Shown: positions 38,901 to 53,427 of the stretch, in pieces
Position numbering within the stretch: position 1 is the first letter of the stretch
Layout of the letters: each line of letters starts with the position of its first letter
Source of the DNA: Octopus vulgaris
Taxonomy: Eukaryota
DNA length: 64,000 nucleotides
NCBI GenBank assembly: GCA_951406725.2
Contig: OX597822.1
Span: 13,516,001 to 13,580,000, forward strand
Direction: 5' to 3'
Translations under genes and position numbers: made by a program
Notes under the pieces: generated by a model
What the model was told of the DNA's origin: nothing
What the model saw: the letters and a program-made list of their open reading frames with translations, nothing else
Databases searched by the model: none

Positions 38901-40749
38901 GATTTATAGCGAAAATTACTTTCACGTCATTAGTTAGACTATAAACGTGTATAATAACAGTGAATACGAAATCAATTGGAACAGAAAATTGCCGCTGGCA
39001 GCCAAATCGGCAAGATCCATGAGCTCTGTATGCGTGAATTGATGTATGCGCGCGAGAATGAGTGAATGTATAGATAAATAGATTGATAGAAAGATACATA
39101 CATACATACATCAACAGACAGACTGATAGATATAGAATGTAGTAAGCAGCTGAATGGCTCTATGCTTTGTGCATATGTATACATATATATGCCTGTGTGT
39201 GTGTACGTGTGTGTGTAAGTGTGTGTGTACGTGTGTCGTGTGTGCCTGTATGAGTATATATACACACTCACATACACCCATTAACTCACATCAACTAAAC
39301 CGTATGAAAAAATGTCTAAAAATGAACGTTGTTTCTAAATGTTTACAGTTTTGAAAGCAATTTAATAAACCTGAAACATGACTTGAAGCTCTTGTGTGAG
39401 AAATTCCTTCACCATAAACATTTACAGCAAAGAAGTACTATTAACCATGAGTTTAACTTCAATCCGCAATTTATTTATCGGTAAACATCTCAGCAAAACA
39501 ACTCCTATGTAAACAACATCTCTATAAAAAGAAAGAAAATATTTCCTTCTCAACATATTTAGTCGTCGGTGTCTGAGATTCTAAGATCTACACAGCGTTA
39601 AGAAATATTTCAGCCATATTGGAATATGGCTGAATATGATCAGAAATGAATTTTTACCATCACTATATTTTAAACAAAGCTATATTTATACATGAAAGGC
39701 AACCAGAGATAAATTAATTGTTTCGTACACTTCGTAGACTAACAATAATTCTGGCAACAAATCGTGTTGCTAAAAATGAAAAAGTTCTCTCTTAGAAAAC
39801 TAAAGGCCTGTGTCTTGCTAAATATACAAAACTTGTAAAGTGTTCGCATCAACAAATCAATTCCTTTAAGTCAAGCACCCAAATCTCGAAAGAAGGGAGT
39901 CTGAAAATGTGTTAAATATAATTGAAGGATTATACTGTCTGCATTATATAAATAATTGAAAAATCTCTCTCATAATTTGTTTTGATTAAGGCACTTGTCT
40001 GCATTTACTTCATTTTATTGTAATCACGATTTCCGTAATTGAAAAATTCACCAACACCCAGACATCCATTGTTACATTAGAAGCTGAAAATACAACGGTT
40101 GTTTCTCGTCTGCTCTGGTGTCACAGATTTTTAGACAGGAATATTATCTGCTTCTTTCTGTGATAATGTTTACTTCGATATAAAAACCAACAGTTATTTC
40201 TTGCACAAAAACCCAAAAGCCCTGGGGTTATATGCTACATTCCACTGAATGAAATCTCAGTGTAACCAATAATATATTTGTCAACTATTTCAACATCTAC
40301 TCTGGAAATATCCACAATACAAACAGTCAGCTGCATTTAATAACAATATTTTCAGCTGATATAGGGATAGGATTCGGCCCGGGGAGAAAATGGTAATAAT
40401 AATGGTTGAGTGAGGAAGAATTTTCTGTCCAAATCGAAAACGTCGACATCAATGATTCCTCTATTTTCCAGGTTATAACAATAATTTGTATAATACCATG
40501 GAGCTGGCGAAAATATTCTATATAATGGTTACAGGGCGGTAAAAGAATATTTCACCAAACTTAACCCTCTTCCTTTCTTATGTTACACATGTGACGCTTC
40601 GGAGATATTTCCCTGGTTTCCAGGCATCTTATTTGATACACATAACCACCTGAGTAACTTGGGACTTATGAAAGGAAAGCTCTATATTATATTTCTATAG
40701 ACGTGAGGGCGGGAAGTTGGCAGTATCGTTGGACGTCGGGCAAACTATT

Positions 40750-40885
40750 TTAGGTTGGTGCATAATTATTGCGGCTTTTTTTCAACAAATTTTATTCAAC
40801 AAAAACAATAACATGTAACAAAAACATCTTTAAATTATTATTCCGGAGTATATTCACCATCTACTTAAATTACTGCTTCCCATTT
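40750..40885 (-). mobile_element. mariner right-end fragment
   Basis: TIR-like ttaggttggtgcataattattgcgg; minus strand encodes W.AVI..DGEY.PE, similar to mariner transposase C-termini. Confidence 0.65.
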
Positions 40886-41155
40886 GCACACACACACACA
40901 CTCACCATCTCCCGAAATTGCTGGGGGGTTTTGCCAAAATATGAAATCAGTATATATTGAAAGCGTAAACGTAAGTTTGTGTTTGTGAAGAGAGGAAGGA
41001 AAGGGAATGTGTAAATATCAGTAAATAAGAGAGAGGGGGATGAGTGTTAGTGAAAGGGGTGGAGGGGAGTATGTCAGTATGGGTATGTGAGTGACAGGCT
41101 GAGTGTTAGCGAGAGAGAGAGAGCGGAAAGTTTTTATGTATTCGTGTGTGAGAGA

Positions 41156-41189
<34 letters not shown>

Positions 41190-42566
41190 CAGATCTCAGT
41201 GAGAGAGTGTGTATATGTGCGTATGTGTCAGTGTGCGTTTATGTGCATGTGTGTGTGTGTGTGTGTGTATGTGTGTGTGTAATGTCACAGGGGTTTGACA
41301 CGCTAATAATTCACTCCGGTGGTAGTGAAGTTTACCGAGTGCGAGGTTACTTTCAGTCCCCACTTGACCTCAAGTCACTTCACGTCACCTCAAGACACCT
41401 CCTCACTTTACTCCTCCTTCTTTCCTTCGCCTTTCATTCACTTCTGCTTCACTCCTGCTACTCCTCAGCAGCACTACCCCACCACCGCTTAACAACTTCC
41501 GTTATGTTCACCTGACCTTGCATTCCTCACATCTAATTTATCTGCAGTGCTCCGCCGCCATCGCTCATTCCCGCCGCCTCCACTCATCCCCACACTGTCA
41601 CACTCACGAACGAAAGAGAGAGAGAAAGAGAGAGAGAAAGAGGGGGGAAGAGAGAGAGAGAGAGTGAGAGAGCCTCCATGTAGTCAGTCGTTCAAATTTC
41701 ACTTTACCGTCTCAAAAAGGAACAAGCGAGATTATGTAGTCCTAGAAACGCTGAATAAAAGACTGGATGGTCACAGTTAGAGTGCCATTCATCTCAGCTG
41801 GCTTATTCAGAGCTGATCTGGGTTAAACAACGCTTCTACAATATCACGGAAGTGTAAAAAGGTGCGGTGGACGACTCGTTAGCACGCCGGGTGAAGGTGC
41901 GTATTGGGGTCGATCTAATTGACAGATCCCTTTCCCAAAACTTTCGGGCTTTGTGCCTAGGGTAACAAAGAATATTAGGGAAGTGTAAAGAGGCGAGATG
42001 GACGACTCGTTGGCACGCCGGGTGAAATGCTTAGGAATATTTCGTCTGTCTTTACGTTCTGAGTTCAAATTCCTCCGAGGGCAACTTTGCCTTTCATCCT
42101 TTCGAGGTCGATAAATGACTTAATTTAAGAATTAATTACTTAATTCAAGAATTTTTAGTAAAATGTCGATCTCCAGTAATTATTTTGTATTTTTTAAAGC
42201 CTGGTACTTATTCGATCGGTAGTCATTGTCGAACCGCTCGGATACGGGAACGTAAACACATTAACACCGGTTATCAAATGTTGGTGGGGACAAACACAAA
42301 TACAAAGAAGCACACACATACACACATTAGCATCACACATATAGGAGCACTCCGTCGGATACGATCAACGTGAAATTAGCACTCCACAGACACATGTAGC
42401 CTTAACCTACTTCTCAGGGAGATTCAGCGTGACACGGAGTGTTACAAGGCTGGCCCTTTTAAATACAGGTACTACTCATTTTTGCCAACTGAGTGAACAG
42501 GAGCAACGTGAATCACTCTGCTGAGAAGGGAATATTCAAGGTGATCTTCAATATACTCTTCATATA

Positions 42567-43572
42567 TTACCTCTCCTCGAGTAACTTCGTAGTTTCTTCC
42601 GAGATTCTTCCCTTCTTTTCTCTTCGACATACTCCCTTAGCCTTCCTTAAACACTCCTTCAGTTTCCCTATCAGTGAGTTGTAGTCATCTTCTTTGTCGT
42701 CTCCTTGGCACCAGTTTTCCTGCATGATGGCTTCCTGCAGCTTCGCCTCGTTGTAGACTCGGACACGTTTTCCCTTCGACGCCAAATACAGCGCCATCTT
42801 CTCCCTCTTCCCGTCGATGACGATCCTCGCCCTCACCAGACGATGATCGTTGCCGGTGTTGAATGGCGTCACGACGGAGACGTCATGTAATATGCGTCGC
42901 TTATCAACCAGGATGTAGTCGATCTCGCTTCGGTGCTTAGAGTTCGGCGATATCCAGGTCCATCTCTTCCTCTCCCTCTTCCTTTCCCTCTTCCTGAATA
43001 GGCTGTTTCCGATGTAGAGCCGCCTCGCCTCTATCATGGTAGCCAAACGTTTTCCTCTCTCGTTTCTCTCTCCCATGCCGAATCTCCCGACGTACTCATC
43101 TTCTTCTCGTCCATGTCCAACCTTTGCCTTGAAGTCTCCCATCACGACAGTGTAAGTGGATTTCATAGCCAGCCCTTTGCCTAGCTGTCGATAGAATTCT
43201 TCCACCTCGTCGTCGTCGCTGGCACTTGTGGGAGCATAGGTCTGGACAATCTTGAGGGTGGCCTTCCCTGAGAGGTTCAGATTTAGTACACCAATCCGTG
43301 ATGATATGAAGTGGCAAGAAGCGACCCTCGAAGTCCATTCCTTACTTACGATCAATCCGATACCTCCGACCGATCTAGCACCTTCTGCTCTCCCTAATCC
43401 CACAGTGCATCCATCTTGCCATCATATACTCGCTTTCTTCTTCCAGCATGTCTCGCACAGCCCTAACACGTCGCACCTGATCTTCTTCCTCTCCTCCATT
43501 AGGTGGTTCAGTTCTTGCCACCCTGCCAAGGACCTGCAGTTGTAGGTGCATATGGCAAGGTTAGTCCTGTTA
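42567..43572 (-). mobile_element. RTE-clade LINE N-terminal apurinic-like endonuclease domain, 3'-truncated
   Basis: [68 protein letters not shown]. Confidence 0.92.
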
Positions 43573-43579
43573 TACATAC

Positions 43580-43643
<64 letters not shown>

Positions 43644-43809
43644 ATGTATGTATGTATGTATGTATGTATGTATGTATGTATGTATGTATGTATGTATACA
43701 TATAAGAGTGGCTTCTTTCAATGCCGTGATGAAATCATTTGGTATTTCCGCTGTGTCGTGCGTCGCTATTTCTTGCCCACATTTTACACATACCCTTATC
43801 TTGCCCAAG

Positions 43810-44155
43810 TGAAGGCGCATGGCTTTGTGGTTAGAGCGTTGAGCTTACTTACGATCGTGAGGTTGTGAGTTCGAATCCCTGAACGGGCTGCGTGTTGTGC
43901 TGTTGAGCAAGACATTTTATTTCACGTTGCTCTAGTTCACTCAGCTGTAGAAATGAGTTGCGACGTCACTGATGCCAAGCTGTATCGGCCTTTGCCTTTC
44001 TCTTGGATAACATCGGTGGCGTGGAGAGGGGAGGCTTGTATGCAAGGGTGACTACTGGTCTTCTATAAACAACCTTGCCTGGACGTGTGCCTGGGAGAGT
44101 AACGTTGATCCCATGGTGCAATCCCATGGTCAGTCATGACCGAAGGGGGTCTCAG
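43810..44155 (+). mobile_element. tRNA-derived SINE
   Basis: A-box TGGCTTTGTGG, B-box GTTCGAATCC, core ttgagcaagacattttatttcacgttgctc..cactcagctg shared with the 1723 SINE but a different 3' half. Confidence 0.85.
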
Positions 44156-46534
44156 CATCAGTATCCTGCCCACTATTATTTTTTCTTTTTATCTTTTATT
44201 TGTTTCCGTCGTTAGGCTGCGGCCATGCTGAGGCAACGCCCTGAAGTTTTATTAGTCAAATGAATCGCTCCCAGTAGGTATTCTTTTTTCTACATTTGGT
44301 ACTTGCTTTATCAGTTACTTTTGTCGAGCCATTAAGTTACAAAAATATAAACAAACGAACACGCGTTGTCAAACGGTGGGCGAAGCTGAACACAAATACA
44401 AGGCTGCATTTTTGTGAAAAATATCTCAGATTATTCAACTGAGCAGTGGTCGTCGACACCGACGGAGATCCATTTTTGTTTTCAAGGTAAAGACAACAAC
44501 AGTTTGTGTTGCGTTGTTTGGATACATGAGTGAGTTTGTTAATGACTGACGTAGATGGGGCGGTGGAGTAGTAACTAATTAACAGAACGGTGGTCCTAGC
44601 TGGTTGTTAGTGCCTCACCATCGCTATCACCATCACCACCACTATCTCCACTATTACCAAAATTATCTCCACCACCACTTCCACTAGAATCACCTCTACC
44701 ACCATCACTTACACCATCATCACCACTATCACCCGTACCACCACCATTCCTACCTCCATCACCACCATCACTACCATTACCATCACACATATAATATCAG
44801 TTTAGCTGACTTGTTTTGCCGCCATTTTTGACCTAGATAAGACTGGCGGCTGTACTGATGGCCTGATGGTCTGATGGGCCGGGGTGCTAGCCTGGTGGCG
44901 GGTTGGCAGTTTATAGCCGGTTGGTGGCTCACTTTGAGGTTGCCTGGCTTCTCTCAGACTTGCTACTGTTTGGTTTGTTGTCTGGCTGGTTATTGGCTAC
45001 CAAGTTTGTTAGTAGACTTGGTGTGACAGTTTGTGAGAAGATGGGGGCGTATAAATCACAGGTTAAAACACACCCGATGGGCTTCTACTCAGTTTCCATT
45101 TATGCAGTTTCTTTCACAAAACTTGGTTTGATTCAAGGTTATGGTAAATAACACTTGTCCAAGATGCTACGCAGTAGGGTCGAAACAATTACCTCGTGAT
45201 TTGCAAGGTGAGTGTTTGTCCGAGTTACGTTCATATCTTCAAAAAAGTTGCCCTGATGTCTCTTGCAAGAAAACAACTCCACCAACATAAATTACATGAG
45301 AGTCATCTACAGAACCATTAGACGTTCGACCACCTAGAAATAAGAGCCAAATCTTCTGCTGTAAAGCTGAAGTACTAGCATATATTTTTTAAATGATAAA
45401 TAAATTACAAGAGCAGAGAGAAGGGAGCTTCTTAACGATGTGGCTTAAAATGCCAAGCCATCACTTTTTATGCTTCGAGCAGGAAACTTTCAAGGAGTCA
45501 GCGACTGAATTCTGCATTGGAATCTCTCTGCGATCGGACAGAATTCCTATCGTATCAACACATCTGTGCCATGGACCAAGCGCTAGGGTGGCTCAAAGCA
45601 CCACACTTTCTCTGTATTAATCAAACTTCCTGGACAATGAACCCAGAATAGTGAAAAAAAAAAGTGAGGTTATCTACGACGATGATTGATAAGCTAAGAA
45701 TTATTATACGGGATAAGGTTTAATTTATCGTTGGTGAACAGAATGTTTTGTATGAGTTTCAACGTCGGCAGCGAGCAAATAACGAAGGTCCAGTTATATC
45801 ATTGAATCTAAAAGATGTGGTCATTGTTGGATTGCGTGATTGATTGTTGGCTTACTTGACCAGAAGACAGTTCGTGGAAGAATTACTGAAGATGAATTTC
45901 CCACAAAGAGCGAAAAATTTGATGTTCCTCCCCTTTGTTGTTGCTTTGGTTTTAAAGGCCATACAACACATCGCGCACACACACACATTATCTCTTCTCT
46001 CTATTTGTTCCTATCTCTCTCTCTCTCTCTCTCTATCTGCTTTCCTTTCTCTCTCTCTCTCTCTCTCTCTTTCTTTCTCTCCTATTTTGCTTCCACACTC
46101 TCAGACGAAGAGCAAGAGTCCGAAATGTTAACTGCTTCATTCGTCGCGAGAATAAACCTTACCATTTTCTCCTTCCAGGAACCCTTCATTGTATTGACTA
46201 ATTGTTTAATAAGGCAGAAGACTGACCCGCCGGTGTTTGCTCAAATGCCAAATATTCCTTTGTTTAATCATGGTTGCCTTGGGACCATACAACAACCAGA
46301 TCAAGAACAACATCGTCAGCAACAACGAAAGTGATGACGAAAAACCACAGCGAATTACCGAACACGGCAGCAAATTGACAGAGAGTCATTAGGGCACTGG
46401 AGAAAATGCTTTAAGATTTTAATCCTGGCTGCGTTCAAATCCCATCGAGAACAACTTTGCCTTCGACCCTTCCGATGTTGTTAAAAATGCAGCACCATTC
46501 TAGAACGGTGAACTGGCAGAATTATTAGAATATT

Positions 46535-46929
46535 CTTTTCTACTCTAGGCAGAAGGCCCGAAATTTTGGGGGAGAGGCCAGTCGATTATATCGACTCCAG
46601 TACGCAACTGGTACGTAATTTATTGACCTCGAAAGAATGAAAGGCAAAGTCGACCACAGCGGAATTTGAACTCAGAACGTAAAGACAGGCGAAATGCTAT
46701 TTCTTTACAGCCCACAAGGGGCTACACACAGAGAGGACAAACAAGGACAGACAAACGGATTAAGTCGATTATATCGACCCAGTGCGTAACTGGTACATAA
46801 TTTATCGACCCCGAAAGGATGAAAGGCAAAGTCGACGTCGGCGGAATTTGAACTCAGAACGTAAAGGCAGACGAAATACGGCAACGTATTTCGCCCGGCA
46901 TGCTAACGTTTCTGCCAGCTTGACCTCTT
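46535..46929 (-). mobile_element. Dimeric SINE with 17-bp TSD
   Basis: same architecture as 21817; TSD agaattatt(a/g)gaatatt at 46518..46534 and 46930..46946. Confidence 0.9.
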
Positions 46930-47199
46930 AGAATTATTGGAATATTACAATATCTTTAACAGTGTCTTTGAACCATTTTTTACCTTTTGATTCCTACTTT
47001 ACTCGGGTGGATCCTCATAGCCATTCCATGTTTTCAAAATCCCATTCCATTTTTATAACGAAATATTGTTAAGAGTCGTATTTAAAAAACAATGGTTAAA
47101 ATATTTGCTGTATTGCAGAGGTGTAACCAATTAATCAGACATAAATTTTCTAACAGCAAAATATTAAATGGACTCTTAAGATCCTTTTATACTCTAAAG

Positions 47200-47339
47200 C
47201 AGCGCTTCTTAAACTATGGGTCGCGAAAATTGAATCCAAACACTTGAATGGATTTCAGTTTAAATGTTACTTCACAAACGTATATTTAATACCTGGGGTC
47301 GTGATGAGATAATGAATGAAAAAAGTTTAAAAAGCGCAA
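47200..47339. mobile_element. Short hAT/Charlie-like MITE
   Basis: imperfect TIRs cagcgcttcttaaact / agtttaaaaagcgcaa; 8-bp TSD ctctaaa(g/a); subterminal gggtcg motifs. Confidence 0.65.
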
Positions 47340-47735
47340 CTCTAAAAGGATGCGTGCATTGGGCATTTGGGCATCGGTTCCCACTCTGCGTGTTCTGAGT
47401 TCAAATCAGGTCACATTTACTTGAAAGGTACAGTTAACCTAGCACCCTCTCCAACACCGCTTCCACTGGAACTTTCGGTGTCTTTATCAGACTCGACACT
47501 CTTTCAAGAATTCAGGTCACGTCTTACGGTTGATTATATTTATTTTCCTCTCCCCACCTGCATGTCTTGGAGGTCGTGATAAGATAAAAGCGGATGGACC
47601 CAGCCCTTACTTTTTAATCAAGCGATAAAAAAAAAGACATAGTCAAACAAACGGATAAAGATAGACACACCCATACACACTCGCGCACATACACAGATGC
47701 ACATATACACACATACTCATACATACAAACGCACG

Positions 47736-47772
<37 letters not shown>

Positions 47773-47876
47773 ACGCACGCACACACACAGCTGCGATAAG
47801 ATCCGACTGGCCTGACCTGTTCAGCCTCTATAAGGAAACAACAAACTAGTCACATTTTTGCATATTAACAAGGCTT

Positions 47877-47922
<46 letters not shown>

Positions 47923-47980
47923 GGTGGTGGTGGTGGTGGTGGTGTTAGTAGCAGCAGCAGTAGTAGTTGTAGTAGTAGTT

Positions 47981-48035
<55 letters not shown>

Positions 48036-48477
48036 ATAAAAATATATACATGACAAAATCGGTGGAGGGAGAAGTGGATGGATTATAGAGAGTAACAGAG
48101 TAAGATAAGAGAGAGGCGAAGAAGGAGAGGGAGGGAGAGACGGACAGAAGGAATGACAGAAAATGAGAGGGAAGAAGGAAAATGTATTAAGTTAATTAAG
48201 AAAGGAAGAAGAAAAGAAAAACAGAAGGAAGATAAGAAAATATAAAAAGTTGAAATACAGGTGTGTTACGTGGTCGGGTTATTGGGATTTACTCTGTAAT
48301 GAATATAAGCACACACACACACACACACTATTTATATGATTGTGTGTGTATGTTTAAATGAATTTATATATACATGTATAAATCGTATGTGGGCATATGT
48401 GTGCATGTATGTATAAATATGTATGTAGGTATGTATGTATGTGTGTATGTATGTGTGTATATATATTAATGTATGTC

Positions 48478-48508
<31 letters not shown>

Positions 48509-48511
48509 CTA

Positions 48512-48584
<73 letters not shown>

Positions 48585-48907
48585 GCACATATTTAAATAC
48601 GATAGATATAATGAGTCTATGTATGCGAATATATATGTATGTATATGTTTGTGCGTGTATGTATGTATGTATGTATGTGAAATGACATATTTGCGTGTCA
48701 TCATGTAAGTAATCAAAATTTAAGAAAAACCAAAAGAAAAATGGCGGTAGTCAGCTGACAGAGAGACAGACAGACGGACAGACCGACTGACAGACGGATA
48801 TTCGGACATCCAGGCAGAAAGTCAGACATGCATACTACCAAGTAGGCAAATGATATGAATGATGCGATGAGAGCGAGGAACTGCGTGGGGAAGGGGTTAA
48901 ATATATT

Positions 48908-49270
48908 CATTTCTCCTCTAGGCACAAGGCCCGAAGTTTTTGGGGCGTGGGGGCAGTCGATTATCGAACCCAAAAGGATGAACGGCAAAATCGACATCGG
49001 CGGAATTTGAACTCAGAACGTAAAGACAGACGAAATACCTATTTCTTTACTACCCACAAGGGGTTAAACACAGAGAGGACAAACAAGGACAGACAAACGG
49101 ATTAAGTCGATTATATCTACCCCAGTGCGTAACTGGTACTTATTTAATCGGCCCCGAAAGGATGAAAGGCAAAGTCGACCTCGGCGGAATTTGAACTCAG
49201 AACGTAACGGCAGACGAAATATCGCTAAGCATTTCGTCTGACGTGCTAACGATTCTGCCAGCTCGCTCCC
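48908..49270 (-). mobile_element. Dimeric SINE
   Basis: same junction gacgaaatacctatttctttac; flanking taaatatatt repeat at 48898 and 49280. Confidence 0.88.
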
Positions 49271-50615
49271 TTGGCAGGATAAATATATTGTGAAAATAAG
49301 GATGAAAGAGAAAAAAGGAAGGAAGGGTTCATTAATTTGTCCCAAATACTGCATTTAAATTTAATATGGTGAGAACGATGACAGAGACGAAGAGTGGAGT
49401 GTGAGGAAGCGAGTCACTAAGATTGCTTTTGTTGGTGGACGGGCCACGGAACTCTGCAAAGTTCTTGGCATTTGTATATGTTCTGTCATAAAATTCTACA
49501 GAGGATTAGTGGCTGTGACGACGTCCTCGAGGAAATTATGGGCATCAACAGGGATCAACTAGCTGCTGTATGTATGTATGTATGTATGTATGTATGTATG
49601 TATGTATGTATGTATGTATGTATGTATGTATGTATGTATGCATGCATGTATGTATGTATGTATGTATGTATGTATGTATGTATGTATGTATGTATGTATC
49701 TATCTATCTATCTATATATATATATATCTATCTATCTATATATATATATATATATATACAGAGAGAGAGAGATATAAATATATTGATACATATATATAGA
49801 GAGAGATAGACAGAAAGGTAGATGCATACTTATATATATGAGAGAGATAGACAGAAAGGTAGATGCATACTTACATATATGTACATGTATATAAATATAT
49901 ATATATACATACAAGCATAAATACATATATCCTGTTTTCTGACAGGATATAAACTTTAGGCGTCGGTAACATTTTTCTAAAATTTTTCCCGAATAAATGT
50001 ATCGGATTCAGCGTGAAAAATGACGTCAATATATCAAATTTGAAAATTTACACTTAATTGTAAATTTTCAAAATCTCTGACAACATCGAAAAAGATGTCT
50101 ATCTATTTCATTTTCGGCTTTTCTTGTGGTAAAATTCCCCCTCTATATATATGTGCTTGTTTGCCAGTGTGTTTATGTAAACATGTGTGTAAGGAATTTC
50201 CTGATGGCGAGAGAGTATTTGAAGAAACAGGTATGTAAAAAATAATTTAGTTTGCTAGCATATTTTTCTGTAAGTAAATATATCTTTTCTTATACACAGC
50301 TCTCTCTCTCACACACACACACGGATTTGGTCAATGCGGAGTGGGTACTAAAAATCTAAATTCCAAATTTTTTGTTGTTGCTTACATCACAGCAATGGAC
50401 CACCGCATCACCATTCCATAGAACGTGTTTACGGGGAGAAAAATATCGACAAGCATAAACACATGTCAGAGTGACAAAGAAACAAGGAAGGAACAGGTGG
50501 TCACGGGATTTGCTAGAAACAACAGCTAAACATCCCTTAAATCACACACCTTTTCGTACAAAAACCAAATAGCAAATTTCGTAAGTACGCGAAGGCATTT
50601 TAATGTGAAAATGCC

Positions 50616-50841
50616 TTAGATTCACTTCAACATTTAAATTTAACTTGCCAAAATATTTTCGTCGCTTTGAGACCGCGATCTGACAAAATTCTGAGATGCA
50701 GCACAGAATTTTGTCAGTGAACAGGTCGCGGTCTCAAAGCGACGAAAATATTTTGGCAAATTTAATTTAAATGTTCAAGTGAATCTAACGGTCTTTGTAT
50801 GTTTTTAAATGGGTTATAAACACATTCCACGCTGCAATTGA
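50616..50841 (+). mobile_element. Fold-back copy of the G3-C8 hammerhead element (HHR 50711..50759)
   Basis: ttgtca GTGAACA g gtcgc ggtctcaaa gcgac GAAA atat TT tggcaa; inverted left arm 50616..50692 lacks the core heptamer. Confidence 0.78.
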
Positions 50842-50864
50842 TTATATATCTATATCTATATCTA

Positions 50865-50925
<61 letters not shown>

Positions 50926-51709
50926 AGAATTCATGACAAAAACAAAAAACGAAGACAGGTGGTGTAGACAACAAACAGATGTATTAGTATAACGCTCACG
51001 AATAGAAAAGGTCTTTAAAGTTTCGAGCCTACGCTCTTCCACAGAAAGGAACACAGAAAGAAACAAGGAGAGAAAAAATATGTGTGTAGTGGCTACCGAT
51101 CTATCATATATATATGTATGCCAACTGGCAAGACATTATAGCCTTATAAGATTTTTTCAGCAACGCATATTGTACTAAGATGGTAAAATTTTTAAGTGAT
51201 CAATAAATTTATTTCTAAATACACGCGCACGCGCGCATATCAGCGTATATGTGTATGTATACGTTTGCGTTTCTCGATAGTGTCCTGATGAATGTTGTAC
51301 CCCTGAAAATTACAGAGTCGTTGCGCAATACACCACACTCCTCAGGGATGTAAACTCTGAATACACACCCGATATAACTCTGTTATCATCGCCCGTGAAA
51401 GTTCCAATTTAGAATGGCGCCAAACAAGAATCCGTCATATCTCCAAAGCTTCTTAATGCATGTCTAGATATGGTCATCAGCAACATTTACTGGACGATCT
51501 TCCCAATTCTTTGCTTTATCGATAATTGTTATAGAATTTATATACTCACGGAGAGTGTTTTTGTCTATCAGTTAACCAAAGTATTTTTTCGATTCAGTTT
51601 ATTTTATATGCAAGACCGTACCATAGGTCTCACGTGTATTTATTTATAATGAACGACGTTTCTCTGAGGTACTATTTCTTCAGGCATAATGATTTATCAT
51701 AATCGCTGT

Positions 51710-52488
51710 AATCATCATCATCATCATTTATTGTCATCGTCATCGTCGTGGTCGTTATTGTCATCGTCGTCGTTGTTGTCGGTCACATTATCGTCCTTCA
51801 CTATTGCTGTCATCACCGTCACCAACAACTTCATTACCATCGTTACTGCCGTTTTCGTCTTTGCTCTCATCATCATCATCGTCGTCGTCGTCGTCGTCGT
51901 CGTTGCCATTGTCGTCGTCTTCATCGTCATCGTAAGCAGCAGCAGCAGTACATCCCCCCACTCACACAACATCGTCATTATCATCTTCGTCACCGTCCTC
52001 CTCAACTTCGTCGTTCTCACATTTGTTTCCCATCGTTCTTTATAAAACTGTTGGCTTCACTTATCTCCACGTTTTTCCTTATCGTCTGATCCCCCTTCCC
52101 CTTCTTCTTCTTCTTCTTCTTCTTCTTCTTCTTCTTCTTCTTCTTCTTCTTCTTCTTCTTCTTCTTCTTCTTCTTCTTCTTCTTCTTCATCCTGACCATC
52201 CTAATCATCATCTTTTTCTCCATTTTCTTCTTCATTTTCTTCTTCATTTCTTCTTCTTCATTTCTTCTTCATCATCTTTTTCTTCTTTTTCATCATCATC
52301 TTCTTCTTCATCATCTTTTTCTTCTTTTTCATCATCATCTTCTTCTTCTTCTTCTTCTTCTTCTTCTTCTTCTTCTTCTTCTTCTTCTTCTTCTTCTCTT
52401 CCTCCTCCTCCTTCCTCTTTTTGTTTTTAGTTTTTTCATTTTTCATTTCTCTCATTTACGCGACGTTCCGTTCTAAATATTTACAATA

Positions 52489-52552
<64 letters not shown>

Positions 52553-52608
52553 AAACAATCAACCTCAACTCCACCATCACCATAGTAACCTACTACTACT
52601 ACTACTAT

Positions 52609-52642
<34 letters not shown>

Positions 52643-52829
52643 AAAGAATCAATTGTAACTCCAACTCCACCATCGCCATAGCTAGCACCACCACCACTAC
52701 CTCCACTACTGTTACCTCTGGTGTCACAACTACCACCAACAACACCACTACTACTACTAAAACAATCAACCCCGACTCCAAAACCACCACCACCACGACC
52801 ACTACTACTACTACTATTACTTCAGATGA

Positions 52830-52877
<48 letters not shown>

Positions 52878-53240
52878 CTTTTTATTACTACTGCTACGGC
52901 TACTATTACGACTCTAACAACTATTGCTGCAACTACAACTACTACCACCACCACCACCACCACCACCATTACTACTAGTAACCTGTTGACACTGTTATTA
53001 CACCTACTGACAATTATGTAGAGAAAATAGCCATGCAACAACATCTAGCAGTGCTGTCAATCACAAACAATAGCTACTACCACTACTGCGACGACGAAGA
53101 CCACCACCACCACCACCACCACCACCACCACCACCACCACCACCACCACCGCCGCCGCCTCCACTGACATCACAAACACTACTGCTATTAATACAACTGC
53201 TGCTACCACTACTACTATTACTACTACTACTACTACTACA
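51710..53240. repeat. Compound trinucleotide region (TCG/TCA, TTC, TAC, CAC)
   Basis: direct reading; higher-order unit actaaaacaatcaacc..actcca recurs at ~52549, 52639, 52756. Confidence 0.93.
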
Positions 53241-53385
53241 ATTACAACGGTGGTAGCGGCTACCGATGTCCGTCGATGGAGGCGGCGAGTGTCCCTTGAA
53301 AATTGTGCCGGTTATTTTCCTGTAGTTTGCACATTAACGTATATAGCATAGAAATTGTGTACTTATATATACACATTTACGTGCA

Positions 53386-53427
<42 letters not shown>

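Noticed and set aside
51280-51370. CTGATGA with long downstream stem
   Set aside because: GAAA/UH part is incomplete; too degenerate to call
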